Shown one piece after another: positions 29,251 through 42,135 of a DNA stretch of 64,000 nucleotides (the stretch's first letter is position 1; every line of letters begins with the position of its first letter). Below the pieces are notes generated by a model. It saw only the letters and a list, made by a program, of their open reading frames with translations. It was not told where the DNA came from and made no database searches. A program made the translations under genes and the position numbers. Source of the DNA: Octopus vulgaris (Eukaryota); NCBI GenBank assembly GCA_951406725.2, contig OX597823.1, positions 60,202,001 through 60,266,000 on the forward strand, written 5' to 3'.

Positions 29251-30090
29251 AGTTGCAACGTTTAACGAACTTACACGCTTACAATGTTTACATGCCTTTG
29301 CATATGTCTGTCTCTGCATCATACATAAATGTTTGTTAGAAAAGGAATTTGGTAAGGAAGGGGATTCTATTGGTGTCTGACACTTTGCATTTCTGTTGAT
29401 GATTAGACAGCTGTAACTGCATATGGAATATTGCCCAAACAGGTAAATTATCCCATGTGACGTCAAGAATTTCAATGATTTTTACTTAATTTCGTCTTTG
29501 TGATCTTTACTCTATGCTGTTTCAGGATAAATTCAATTCTTGATTGGTTTTGGAATATTGCCCCAGAGATTGGGGGTGGGGAGCAGATGAGTGAGGGAAG
29601 GAATCTGGAATGGAAAGGGGGAAAGCATGAGAGAGAGAGGTGGTGGAGGAGGAGGAGGAGTGAGTAAATCTGGAAAGAAAGGATAAAGATCTAAAGGTAG
29701 AGAGACAGAGGAAGAGAGAGAGAGAGAGAGAAAGTAAATGAATGTACGTATGTATTTGTGGTTGTGTTTGTATTTGTGTACATGTGTGTTTGTGTGCGTG
29801 CGTGTGTGTGTTTTATGTACATGTATATGTCTGTGTGCTTGCATATGAGCATGTGTGTGTGTGTTGTGCGTGTGTAGGAGTAAAGTAGAGAGAGATATTG
29901 CAAAAAAAAAGAGAGAGAGATAACGGCAGAACGAAATGTATCTGGGCTGGAAGTCAAGAAATTAAAGAGCAGAAGAAGTATGTGTGAGCATGTGCAATAG
30001 AGACTGAGTGTATAGAGAGGGAAAGGGGATAAGAAGAGGGAGAGGAAGAAAGAGAGGGGGAGAAGGAGTGACAGAGTTATATATGATTTT

Positions 30091-30142
<52 letters not shown>

Positions 30143-30724
30143 GAATATATATATATATATATATTTCATACATGTATATTTAGGTATATGGAGAGAGAAA
30201 GGCAGAAAGAATATGAGAAAGGTACTGGACAAAATGCCTTTTGGCCAGACATGAAGAACATGAAGAACATGAAGAAACTGAAGAAACAAAAGGCTGTATG
30301 TAAAGGTGGTGAGTGGAGTTACCTGAGTGAAAAGATGGTCAGGGTAGGGTTGGTAGAGATAACGCAGCAGTGTCAGGGCAGGAGGGAGGGAAATTGATGC
30401 ATGCTGCTAAAGAGAGAGAGAGAGAGAGAGAGTGATAGAAGGAGAAAGATAGAGGAGTGGGAGGGGGAAGAAACTTGTCTAAACAGTGATGTACGTTTTC
30501 ATTAGATTACGGTAATTTCGCTCGTTTTCTTAACTTAGAAACAAATTAGTGAACAGCAAACCATGTTTTAGAAGATGAGAAGATTAAATCATTAGTTTAA
30601 AGATTAATTTAAATAGATCTGCTCTCGTGGCCTCAGGACCATTGTAATTGTAGTCTGTGAGAAAGAGAATCCTGATTGATTCCTATTTTTGTGTACATAC
30701 ATGCCTTTCACATGCACACATACG

Positions 30725-30797
<73 letters not shown>

Positions 30798-30799
<2 letters not shown>

Positions 30800-31213
30800 T
30801 CTTTTATTCTTTTACTTGTTTCAGTCATTTGACTGCAACCATGCTGGAGCATTGCCTTTAGTTGAACAAACTGACCCCAAGACTTATTCTTTGCAAGCCT
30901 AGCACTTATTCTATCAGTCTCTTTTACCAAACCACTAAGTTACAGGGACTTAAACACACCAACATCGGTTTTCAAGCAATGTGGGGGGGGGGACAAACAC
31001 AGACACACAAATACACACACACACACAGACACACACATATATATATATATCTTTATATACGCTGGGCTTCTTTCAGTTTCTGCCTACCAAATCCACTCAC
31101 AAGGCTTTGGTTGGCCTGAGGCTATAGTAGAACACACTGGCCCAAGGTGCCACACAGTGGGACTGAACCCAGAACAATGTGGTTGGGAAGTAAGCTTCTT
31201 ACCACACAGCCAC
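30798..31213 (-). mobile_element. SINE family A
   Basis: Reverse-complement match to 338-759. Confidence 0.88.
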
Positions 31214-31324
31214 ATACACATATACACACACACATATATATATGTTAATACATTCTATGTATACATCCTTTTGACTTCTGCTGTTTTGTTATTTGTTATT
31301 TTTAATTTTCGCTTTGACTATATA

Positions 31325-31398
31325 CAGGGTGTCCCAAAAACTTTGACATCATTTCATCATTTAATCTCAAATGATGTCAAATTTTTTGGAACACCCTG
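31325..31398. mobile_element. 74-bp Tc1/mariner MITE
   Basis: 30-bp TIRs CAGGGTGTCCCAAAAACTTTGACATCATTT and AAATGATGTCAAATTTTTTGGAACACCCTG, with TA on both sides. Confidence 0.85.
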
Positions 31399-31772
31399 TA
31401 TATATGTATGTACATACTCTCTGACCAGATTTGGATCAATTGAGTCAGATGGCACTATGTACTTGTTCTTGAGATATTCAAAATGAGTAATTCTTACTGT
31501 ATTCACCTGATGAAATTTTTTTCTTTTATTTTTTGCATGATAAAATACTTCTGTTCATGAATAAAAAGCATGTTTGAAACAGCTGCAGTGAACCATGATC
31601 CATCTCTTGTTATAATATACATGACTAGGGTGTTAGGAAACACCTAGAAATAAGAGCTAAAATGCTCTAATACTTAGTGACGATCATAATTCTCCTTCTT
31701 AGTGAAACATTGCAAGCTGCTATTTATATTAATTCTCTTTCTCTCTCCCCTCTCTCTCTCCTTTCTCTCCCC

Positions 31773-31814
<42 letters not shown>

Positions 31815-31818
<4 letters not shown>

Positions 31819-32001
31819 CCATTGGTAATTTTTTTCCCTCTGTCTTCCCTTCTCTGGATCTTTCCTTCTCCTATGTTTCAAACGAAGAGCTTCGCTCGAA
31901 ACGTTAAACCTTCCTTCTTTCCTTCTTTCCTGAGCGTCCAATAATACTATATTTGTTCCACGTCCTCGTGTTGTGTTTTTGTGCTTTCTTGTTTGGATTG
32001 A

Positions 32002-32003
<2 letters not shown>
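31815..32003 (+). mobile_element. Microsatellite-flanked short element with a degenerate minimal hammerhead-like motif (31875-31909)
   Basis: GTTT CAAACGA A GAGC-TTC-GCTC GAAA CG TT AAAC. Same layout as 26812-26847. Confidence 0.6.
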
Positions 32004-32046
<43 letters not shown>

Positions 32047-32050
32047 TATA

Positions 32051-32667
32051 TCATCATCATCATCGTTTAACGTCCGTTCTCCATACTAGCATGGGTTGGA
32101 CGGTTCGACCAGGGATCTGGGAAGCCAGAAGGCTGCACCAGGCTCCAGTCTTATCTGGCAATGTTTCTACAGCTGGATGCCCTTCCTAACGCCAACCACT
32201 CCGTGAGTGTAGTAAGTGCTTTTTACATGCCACCTGCACAGGTGCCAGGCGAGGATGGTAATGGCCACGGTCGGATTGGTGCATTTTACATGCCACCGGC
32301 ACAGAAACCAGTCGAGGCAGCACTGGCATCAGCCACTGTTCGGATGGTGCTTTTTACGTGCCACCGGTACGGAAGCCAGTCGAGGCGGCGTTGGCATCGG
32401 CCACGATTCGGATAGTGCTTTTTACGTACCACCAGTCCAGGGATCCTGGCATCTGCCAGGTGCCAGTCATAGGATTGGTTCAATTTTGATTCCGATTTCG
32501 ATTTCACTTGCCCCAACAGGTCTTCGCAAGCAGTCGTCGGACGAGGTTCGATATCAACTTCGCTTGCCTCAACAGGTCTTTGTGTGTCCAAGGGAGGAAA
32601 GGCATGCATAAGTGGGCTGGACTCACTTGTCCTGCCTGGTCTTCTCACGCACAGCATATTTCCAAAG

Positions 32668-32669
<2 letters not shown>
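32051..32669 (-). mobile_element. 5'-truncated RTE-type LINE: last ORF codons, 3' UTR and (GAT)n tail
   Basis: Minus strand: LWKYAVREKTRQDK*, then GGTTGGCGTTAGGAAGGGCATCCAGCTGTAGAAAC..GGACGTTAAACGATGATGATG. Confidence 0.72.
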
Positions 32670-32720
<51 letters not shown>

Positions 32721-32735
32721 TATATATATATATAC

Positions 32736-32935
32736 ATCATCATCATTATCATTTAACATCCGCTTTCCATGTTAACATGGGTTGGACGGTTTAACTGAGG
32801 ACTGGCAAGGTTTCTTCAGCTGGATACCTTTCCTATTGCCAACCACTCCAAGAGTGAAGTAGGTGCTTTTTACATGCCACCAGCATGGGAACCAGTCAAG
32901 GGGCACTGGCATCGACCACATTCAGATGGTGCTAT
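32736..32935 (-). mobile_element. RTE-type 3' end fragment
   Basis: Same tail as 32051-32230. Confidence 0.72.
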
Positions 32936-32956
32936 ATGTTTTTAAAAAAAGAAGAC

Positions 32957-33260
32957 TGGCAGTCCGTCGGTTACGACAACGAATGTTCCGGTTGATCCGA
33001 TCAATGGAACAGCTGGCTCATTAGATTAACATTCAAGTGACTGAGCATTCGACAGACACACATACCCCTTCTCATAGTTCTTGTGGAGATTCAGCATGAT
33101 ACAGAGTGTGACAAGGCTAGTCCATTGAAATACAGGTACAACTCATTTTGCCAACTGGGTGGACTGGAGCAATGTGAAATAAAGTGTCTTGCTCAAGGAT
33201 GCAATGCACCACCAGGAATCGAACTCACGACCCTACAATCGCGAGCCACTAAGCCACTGA
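32957..33260 (-). mobile_element. SINE, same family as 18776-19090
   Basis: Colinear match including the CORE-like body. Confidence 0.78.
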
Positions 33261-33261
33261 G

Positions 33262-33580
33262 TCATAATACTGCAGCCATGCTGGGCCACTACCTTCAAGA
33301 ATTATAGTCAAATGAATTGATCCCTATACTTATTTTCGTTTTAAGCCTGGTACTTATCCTATCAGACTCTTTTGCCGAGCCACTAAGTTATGGGAGCATA
33401 AACACACCAATACCTGTTGTCAAGGGATGGTGGAGGACAAACAGAGACACAAAGACACACACATATATGATAGGCTTCTCTCAGTTTCCATCTATCAAAT
33501 CTGCTTACATGGTGTTGGTCAATCCAAGGCTATAGTTTATGACACTTGCCCACAGTGCCATGCAGTGGGACTGAACCCAG
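33262..33580 (-). mobile_element. SINE family A, degenerate
   Basis: Recognisable tail and head modules. Confidence 0.72.
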
Positions 33581-33644
33581 TGCTCTTAGTTTTCAGTGTC
33601 CAGAATGTCTGGCATTAAATTCAGTGGCACAGAATGTCTGGCAA

Positions 33645-33868
33645 TGAGTTGACAGAAACATTAGCATGCCGGGCGAAGTGCTTTGCGGTATTTCATCTGC
33701 CATTACGTTCTGAGTTCAAATTCCACCAAGGTTGATTTTGCCTTTCATCCTTTTGGGGTTGATAAATTAAGTACCAGTTATGCACTGGGGTCATTGACTT
33801 AATCCCTTTGTCTCTCCTTGTTTGTCCCCTCTGTGTTTAGCCCCTTGTGGGCAATAAAGAAATAAGAA
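33645..33868 (+). mobile_element. SINE family B monomer
   Basis: Match to 7160-7395. Confidence 0.85.
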
Positions 33869-34216
33869 TGTCTGGTTCTGTAAGTCATATGATACACAAC
33901 TGCAGACAGTCCTAATTTGGTTGTATTTATGAGTTCAGTTCTCCCTGTGAGAAAAGCCATCACTGACAGTCCATTTTCATAAGCAGAATGAGTGATAAAA
34001 AGAAAGAAAGATGGTGGTGTTGGCGGCAGCGGCGGTGGCAGCAGTGACGGTGGTGAAGATGATGATGATGATGACTGATTTAATTCTGCATAAAATGATA
34101 GAAACTGAGTTTGAGTGCCAACTCCTGTATAAATTCTGGAGTCTTGAAAGCAATGACTTAACACAATGACTTAATCCATTGGTGTACGATACATGCTTAG
34201 AAGATCATGGAAGGAC

Positions 34217-34475
34217 ATCATCAGGATTATCATCATCATCATCACCATCATCATCATTATTGTCATCATCATCATCATCATCATTATCACCACCAACATC
34301 ACCACCACCATCATTATCATCATCATCACCATTATCATCCTTATGTACTCGTTGGTATTACCATTATCATCACTTTCAACAACAGTATGGATGATCATGG
34401 TCATGATCATTATCATATAATCATTGGTATCATCACTGTCATCATCATCACCACCATCACCACCACCACCATAAC

Positions 34476-34507
<32 letters not shown>

Positions 34508-34660
34508 CCATCATCATTATCATCATCATCATCATCATCATCATCATTACCATTGTAATCACCACCATCACTACCACCGCCATCATCATCATCATCATCA
34601 TCATAATCACCACCAGCACTACCACTGCCTTCATCATCATTATCATCATCATCATCATTT
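34217..34660. repeat. Degenerate (CAT)/(CAC)n trinucleotide array
   Basis: Directly visible. Confidence 0.95.
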
Positions 34661-34974
34661 ACCTGGTATGAATAACATGGCTGTCTTTTGTGAAGGTAGC
34701 TTAATTGCAAATCTTCAGATAAGGTCTTAGATAACTTCTATTCTTCATCCTCTCCCTACGGCACTAGTCTTGGTTTCGATGTCTCTTAAAAAAGACCATG
34801 GGGCACAGTCTTTCCCTGCTCTGTCTAAGCCTTTACCTAAAAAAAAAAAAACATACCTGAATCAGTTTCTTACATCTATCTATGTACCTGAGCTTTTGGC
34901 AAACTTCATATTTATTTTCTCTAGTTTTAGTTCAGAGCTGCAGCCATGCTGATGCACCGCCGTTAAAATATCAA

Positions 34975-35047
34975 AGCCCCCAGTGAGAATTGAACTCACG
35001 ACCCCTGGTTTACAAGACCAGTACTCTAACCTCTGAGCTATGGAGGC
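34975..35047 (-). tRNA. trnT-TGT: tRNA-Thr (anticodon TGT), apparently intact, 73 nt
   Basis: Minus strand reads GCCTCCA TA GCTC AGAGGTTA GAGT A CTGGT CT TGT AA ACCAG GGGTC GTGAG TTCAATT CTCAC TGGGGGC T. All four stems pair (one G-U in the acceptor stem, one in the D stem). A and B boxes are present and a TTTT terminator lies a few nt downstream. Confidence 0.93.
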
Positions 35048-36289
35048 TGTTTATATAAAAAACAAAAATGACATATAAGATGACCCTTATATTCATGTTG
35101 ACATGTATGGTAATGAGACTATTACTGGTTGACCAATTCCTCAGAGCAACTCTTTTAGAGGGACATGTTAGCAAAATAAAAAAAAAAGTTAATAAACAAA
35201 TAAAAAAAGATAATAAAATAGTAAGTAGGTTCAATAAATCGTGAAAGCGATCATTTTGAAAACTAGATCAATTTAAATATAATTTCTTAATATCGGAGAA
35301 GAAAATTAATTAAATATACTTGAATAAAAATAAATTTTCGAGTTTGTGGATAAAACAATATTATCAATGTTTTTTGGTTTTGTTTTTTTTGGTTTTTTGT
35401 GTGTGTGTGTTTGTGTGTTTTGTATTTGTGTATGTGTTTGTTTGTTTTGTCGGTTTGTTTACTTTTTGGTTATTGTTGTTCTTTTTTTATTTTCCATTGT
35501 ATGTTTTTTTTTACTGGTTTATTTTATTTTATTATATTCAGTTTATGTTTTTTAAAAGTATTACTGTTGTTGTTGTTCTTGTTGTTGCTCTTGCTGTTGA
35601 TGTTGTTTGGTGAGATGGAGAGAGTAAAAAGGAAGGAAAGTGAGTCTACTAGTTGAAGAGGTTTCTATATGGAAGTGTGTGTAATTGGAAACAGAACAAC
35701 TAATTTATGTCCTTTTTTCTGAGACAGAACAAATTAAAAGATTGAATCAAATTGAATTATAAACAACATATTGGAAGGTGTTTGGTTATTTTGCTAAAGT
35801 GAAATTATTAATTATCAATTTAATAGCTCATATTGCAACCCATTGATTTGAACCGAGTTCAAAATGTGGTCAAGTCACAGAGGAATAAATCAGGGTTGAA
35901 AATAAAAAAGGAAAAAAAAACTATAGAGGGGTGGAGAAGTATAGCATTAAACCATGTCAGAGAGAGAACAAGAGAGAGAGAGAGAGAGGCAGAGGCAAAG
36001 ATAGACAGGGAGAGATTGAGAGAGATGGACAGAGAGAACTGGTGGAGGAATGAGAAGCCAGGACAGGAGAGAGTGTTGAATAGAAAATAGATAAATAAAT
36101 AAATATAATGATTAAATAAATGAAAATCAAAACTGTAATGACTTAAACATTTCACTTTAATTATCCAGACAATATTAATTGGAAAAACAATATTTATCAA
36201 CTGGAGACACAAATTATCAATTTATCCTCTTATTGTAAAGGAAAAATAAAATCGATTGTTAATACCTAGATATTATTTTTTTTTCTTTT

Positions 36290-36324
<35 letters not shown>

Positions 36325-36803
36325 ATTAACTCAGTAACAGTTTTAGTGTTATATTAGAATATTATTTTGGTCTATATTATCACTATATTAAGTTGTAATA
36401 AGCTTAAAGATTATTATAAAAAATATGTCTCTTTGATCAACTTATGACACCACTTTGTCACAATTTTGTTGTATTAAACGTAATTGATAGGATCTATCTA
36501 ACTTATCGACTTATTTGTGAACAACTGTTTGTTCTTTCTCACATAACATGGGTGTATTATTTCAGTATAATCAATTATTAGCCTGCTGGTGTAGGCGGCG
36601 GTGGTGGTGGTGGTGGTGGTGGTGCATGTGGGGGATGGTGCCTTGGTGAAAAAGTATGGTGAAATTATCAAGAAGTTTATTTTGCAGTAATGAGGTTATA
36701 AGGTACATGGTTTTTTAATCTAACAAGCACAATACTTTCGGTATGTATTTACTGCCATAACTCAAGTCTTGTGAATGCAGTTATCATCATCATTACCACC
36801 ACC

Positions 36804-36852
<49 letters not shown>

Positions 36853-36859
36853 CATGGAC

Positions 36860-37175
36860 ATTACTGTCTCAAGTCCTAGAGCTCATGGGGCCAGTTACCC
36901 AAGTTTCCATGTTGTATAAATAACCGAGGCCACAACATCCCCCCCCCGAACCAGATGCCAGTCCTTTGCAGAGTTACTCATTCACAGATGAGTGGGCTGG
37001 AGCAACATGAGATGGAGTGTGACAACATCACGTAAACAATCTTTGGAAGTGTCAAATATCTGTAAAATATGAAACAGAGTGTTTTACTTAAAAGCACAAT
37101 GCACCACCTTGTTCAGGAATCGAAACCACAATCTTTCGATTGTGAGTGCAACACCTTTACCACTAGGCCACACAC
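36860..37175 (-). mobile_element. SINE family D, degenerate
   Basis: Head, body and tail as in 2655-2903, with a short insertion. Confidence 0.65.
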
Positions 37176-37522
37176 TTTCTGAGTGCAGTCAAGTAAACTG
37201 AAATTATGCAAGAGCTCATCAGGTGGACTGTGCTAGTAATTCAAAGGGCCATATTTGTTAGACCCAAAGACCCAGGGAGTCTGACTGAGAGTTGCAATAA
37301 GAGTAGAAGTTGTTTTAGTTTTCTTTTTTTTATAGCAAATCACTTACTATATAAGTAACTTATATAGACACAAGATCTGGAATTTGAGAGAGAAGAAAAT
37401 CAATTCTATGAACCTCATCATTTGACTGATACTTTTATCTTATCAACCCATGAGAGATGAAAAAGGCAAGATTGACCTTCACAGAAACTCAGAACAAGGA
37501 GCAAGAAAAAATACGGCAAGGT

Positions 37523-37870
37523 AATCTACTGCCAATCTACTGCCTGTCTGCTGCCTATCTACTGCCAATCTACTATCAATCTATTGTCCATCTACTGCCC
37601 ATCTATTGCTCATCTACTGCCCTTTTACTGCCTATCTACTGCCAATCTACTGCCAATCTACTACCAATCTACTGCCAATCTATTGTCCATCTACTGCCCA
37701 TCTACTGCCAATCTATTGCCCATCTACTACCTGTCTACTGTCTATTGCTAATCTACTGCCCATCTACTGCCCATCAACTGCCTGTCTACTGTTTATCTGC
37801 TGCTAATCTACTGCTAATCTACTGCTCATCTATTGCTCATCTGCCACCAGTCTACTGCTCATCTGCTATC
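37523..37870. repeat. 11-bp minisatellite (ATCTACTGCCA/C), about 31 units
   Basis: Periodic AATCTACTGCC and CATCTACTGCC variants. Confidence 0.92.
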
Positions 37871-38669
37871 CTCTGCTTATTCAATCAATGAAGCTATATA
37901 TTCATTGTATTACAGTACAAATAGAACATTCATTGTAAAGCCAAAGTGTGATCCATTTACTTCATGTAATGGTGGTGGTGGTGGTGGTGGTGGTGGTGGT
38001 GATAGTGTAATGATGGAAGTAGTGAAGACAGTTATGAGAAAGAGAGTAAGTTAGAAAACAAATCATGAAGAAGATTGTATATTGAAAGCAGAGAATTTTT
38101 AAGAAATATAATTTAAGGCTTTAGAAAATCCATTATAATGCCTGAGCATCATGCACAGCATGCAATACATAATATTATTACATACAAATATTTTATTAAA
38201 CCAAAATCAGCAATGAGGGATTTTTTTTGTATGGTTTTTCTAAATTTCTAACTCAAATATATCTTTATTTTTAACGTTCCAAGTGAAATGTTTTGATATT
38301 GTTGCTTAACTTATTTTATTAATCATACTTGTTGGACTTTCCAGCTCCGTTGCCCACATCGATATCTTTCATCAATATCCTGGTATACCTGGAGAAGTTT
38401 AAGAAAAAGATAGGATCAATACTTTAAATCTTTCTGTTGCCTATCCTCACCTATTTCCAAGCAAGGAAATATTTTCCTTTGCCAGAGATATTTTCGTAGA
38501 ATATTGGAAATGAATGACATCATTTGTATGATTGAGAGACTCACTTACAACTATTGTGTGATGTCAAGCAAGGAGACACAAACACACAGATACATATATT
38601 ATGTTATTCTCTTACATGTTTCATCAATAAAATCATAAGCAGAACGTTTTTTCCTAAAACAAAATCGAC

Positions 38670-39075
38670 TTCCTAAACAAAATGGCTTTTGGATTCAATC
38701 CTACTGCATTTCACCTTGAGCAAGTCTTTTTTTTTTGTGGTATCTAGCCATGAGTCAACCGAAGGCTTGTGATAAGTAGATGTGGTAGATGGAAACTGAA
38801 AATCCGTTATGTGTGTGTGTGTGTGTGTGTGCACGTGCTTCCTTTTCTTAGCATCATGTGATAGTTGTAAATGTGTGTCATTGTTATAAAAGTAGTGTCA
38901 TTCATTTCTGTTCTTCAGTGATAACATGTCTCCTCATGGGGTATTATTGTTTCGCTTGGAAATAATTGAACATTGGTAACAAGAAATATATCTGTCTGTA
39001 GAAAATCTCCCTCAACAAATTCTGTCTAACCCATGCAACCTTGAGAAAGTGGATGTTAAAACAATGATGGTGATG
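38670..39075 (+). mobile_element. SINE with A-type head and RTE-type tail, degenerate
   Basis: CACCTTGAGCAAGT..GGTAGATGGAAACTGAAA, (TG)n, then CTGTAGAAAATCT..ACCCATGCAA..GTTAAAACAATGATG. Confidence 0.65.
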
Positions 39076-40515
39076 ACCATGATCAGGATCAGAACCTTCT
39101 GAAAGATGATGATAATAATACTGAATCGTTAGCATGGATTTTTTTCGTAAATTCGTAAATTATATTTTTAAAAATCAACAACTTACCGAGTTACTCCTTG
39201 TGACACTATTTAAGAACCATTTACTTAAAGGATCTCAATGGCTCGGGCTTCCCTCATCTCCTGAATGTAGTGGCTCTTATTATACACTCTGTAACACAAT
39301 TTTATCTTTGGATAACAACTATTATTTCCTGTCTGCTTCCCCCAAGAAAGTATGAAGAATGGCTGATATTTCCTTCAAACTTTGATTTCATTACATTTAT
39401 TCAAACCCCCAAAGAATGCTTCTTGATATATGGTTTTGATGCTCCCCCACTACTCCTGTTCATGGTCAGAGATGCACATATTGTCAGCCACTGAGAGACA
39501 TGTTCAAGTGATTAAGGTCAATCAAGTGACAAGCAAATCTGTGGTAATGAGCAGCAGAATATTTGCTATAATAATATTTCTGCTTCAACAACTCAGTACT
39601 GAATCTGTCTGAAATGTAATGGAAAATAGGTCAGTTTCAAAATATTGACATCCAGATTACAAAAGCAAAGTTTGAAGGGACCAATGGTAGCCTTTTATTC
39701 TGTCACTTACTGGAAAGAGTGAAGACAGCCCTCAGTTCAGCATTTATTGAGTAGATCTATGGAGTGGTAGTACTCTTAAACTGATGCCCTGTTCAACATC
39801 ACTTGTCTTTAAATGCTTTTGTTACAAGCATTCAGGCAAGCTTCCTGGCTTGAAGATGCCTTCATTTCTTCCTTTTACCTGTCTTGGTGGTCTTGAAAGA
39901 ATAAAGGATCCCAGTTGCAATTCTTCTCCCTCTGAATAAGCAGGAAAATGTATGCAGTCAGCCAAACAACTCAATGTAAAGTAAAGTTACTCTTATTTGG
40001 TACTCAAATATCTGGAACTCTCAAGCAACCGGCACCTAGAAAGAAAATATGTTATCGGGGTCAAGAGAATTTCTGCTAATTTGTGTTTATTAATTAATTT
40101 TCATTAAAGCAGTGAACGGGAAGAACTTTTAGCATGCTGGACAAAATGGTGAGTAGTAGTTCATTCATCTTTGCATATTGATCTCAAATTCCACCAAGGT
40201 TAACTCTGCCTTTCATCTTTTCAGAGTTGATAAAATAAATACCAGTGAAGTTGTGGGGTCAATGACTGTCCCACTCCCCTCAAAAACAGCTAGCCCTGTG
40301 TTAGAATTTGAAACCATTAATTAATTGGGGTTAAAAGGAAAAGGACCTTTACTGCATTTCAAATGGATCAATGCTTCTCAAAGCACAGTATAGTATTTTA
40401 TTTCATTTTATTGTATTTACAATAGTATTTTATCAGGTAACTAAAATTTGTTTCTTACTTAAATTATATTTTGATTTCTTCCTATTTATCTCATTTCTTT
40501 TATATTCAGAATATT

Positions 40516-40910
40516 CGTTTCTACACTAGGTGCAAGACCCAAAATATTTGGGGAGCAGGTTGGGCCAGTCAATTAGATTGACTTCAGTATGCAACTGGTA
40601 CTTAATTTATCAATCCTGAAAGGATGAAAGGCAAAGTCGACCTCAGCAGAATATGAATGTAAAGACAGACGAAATACCTATTTCTTTATTACCCACAAGG
40701 GGCTAAACATAGAGGGGACAAACAAGGACATACATAGGTATTAAGTCGATTACATCGACCCCAGTGCATAACTGGTACTTAATTTATCGACCCCGAAAGG
40801 ATGAAAGGCAAAGTTGACCTTAGCGGAATTTGATCTCAGAACTTAACGGCAGATGAAATACCACTAAGCATTTCGCCCGGGGTGCCAACGTTACTGTCAG
40901 CTCACCACCT
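40516..40910 (-). mobile_element. Dimeric SINE family B with TSD
   Basis: Same dimer as 7160-7577. TTATATTCAGAATAT is duplicated at 40500-40514 and 40911-40925. Confidence 0.88.
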
Positions 40911-40938
40911 TTATATTCAGAATATCAATGACAACACT

Positions 40939-41152
40939 AAGGTGGCAAACTGGCAGAAACATTAGCACGTCAGGTGAAATGCTTAGCAGTATTTCATCTG
41001 TCTTTATGTTTTAAGTTCAAATTCTGCCAAGGTTGACTTCGCCTTTCATCCTTTCACGGTTGATAAGTTAAGTACCAGTTGTGTACTGGGGTCAATCTAA
41101 TCGATTGGCCTCCTCCCCAAAAATTTCAAGCCTTGTGCCTAGAGTAGAAAAG
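40939..41152 (+). mobile_element. SINE family B monomer with TSD
   Basis: AGAATAT(C/T)AATGACAACACT is duplicated at 40919-40938 and 41151-41170. Confidence 0.88.
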
Positions 41153-42058
41153 AATATTAATGACAACACTGATGTACATAAACAGCTTCAACGAGTTTCA
41201 ATGTAAGGTGATGTTTTCATTTAAAAAACATCTGGAAAACTAAACTATCCAAAGACCCTCTGGACCCAGTGGTGCTAGATAGCACAAAGTATATTGTAAT
41301 TTCTTATTCTACAAATACAAATACACTATACTTCTACCAAGATAAGGACCATAGTGCATAACTGAAGCAGCATCAGTTTATCCTATAGGATTCGGTGAAA
41401 CAGTATCAGCATACTGTACTCTCTTTACTGTTCAACTTATTTTTATTTGTCCATTTCTGAGAAGATAGGGTGTTAAGACTGAAGAAAATCTGGATGTTGT
41501 TTCTATCAGATCAAATGATATATTGTTGTTATCGTTGTTGTCATCAGTAGCAGCAGAACAGCAACACTGTTACCATCATTATTGTCTTCTTCTTCATTGT
41601 GATAAGCTCCTCATGCATAGAGTGGTTAGTATTTAGTCTCTGGTTCCTTATGCTAGCTTTATGAATGGTGACAATTTCCACAGGACGTCCTGGAGGAAAA
41701 GAAAGATGGGCGATGGTCACGTGTGAGCAACAAGAGACAAGGACAAATTAAAAAGAATATCATGCAATAGTATTTTTTATTCATGATCTACCTTCAGATA
41801 TTTCTTCTCAAAACTATGAATCAAATAATGTGATTTTAAAAACAAAAATAATGAATGAAATAACTTCATGAAATTAGTGGTCATAACCTTCCATTTGTTT
41901 ATTTTTTAAATTTATTTCTTTGTTTATTTATTTGTTTATTTATTTATTCATTCAGTCATTCATTTATTTTCTTCCATTCCCTTATATATCTACAGTCTCA
42001 AAGGCTTGCTTGGTTTTTCAGCACTTTGCCACATTATTACATTATTACAATATACCCA

Positions 42059-42110
<52 letters not shown>

Positions 42111-42135
42111 TATAAATTAGAACAAGCAGTAAAAG

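Noticed and set aside
29458-29465. Perfect CRE palindrome TGACGTCA near a CAG|GTAAAT donor-like site
   Set aside because: A single 8-mer in 64 kb is compatible with chance, and there is no independent promoter evidence.
32216-32440. CRISPR-like repeat-spacer appearance
   Set aside because: The spacers are homologous to one another, the array lies within a LINE 3' UTR, the context is eukaryotic and there are no cas genes.
34171-34710. Poly-Asp, poly-His and poly-Met ORFs (also 49893-50235)
   Set aside because: Open in several frames because of (CAT/GAT)n repeats; no splice or domain support.
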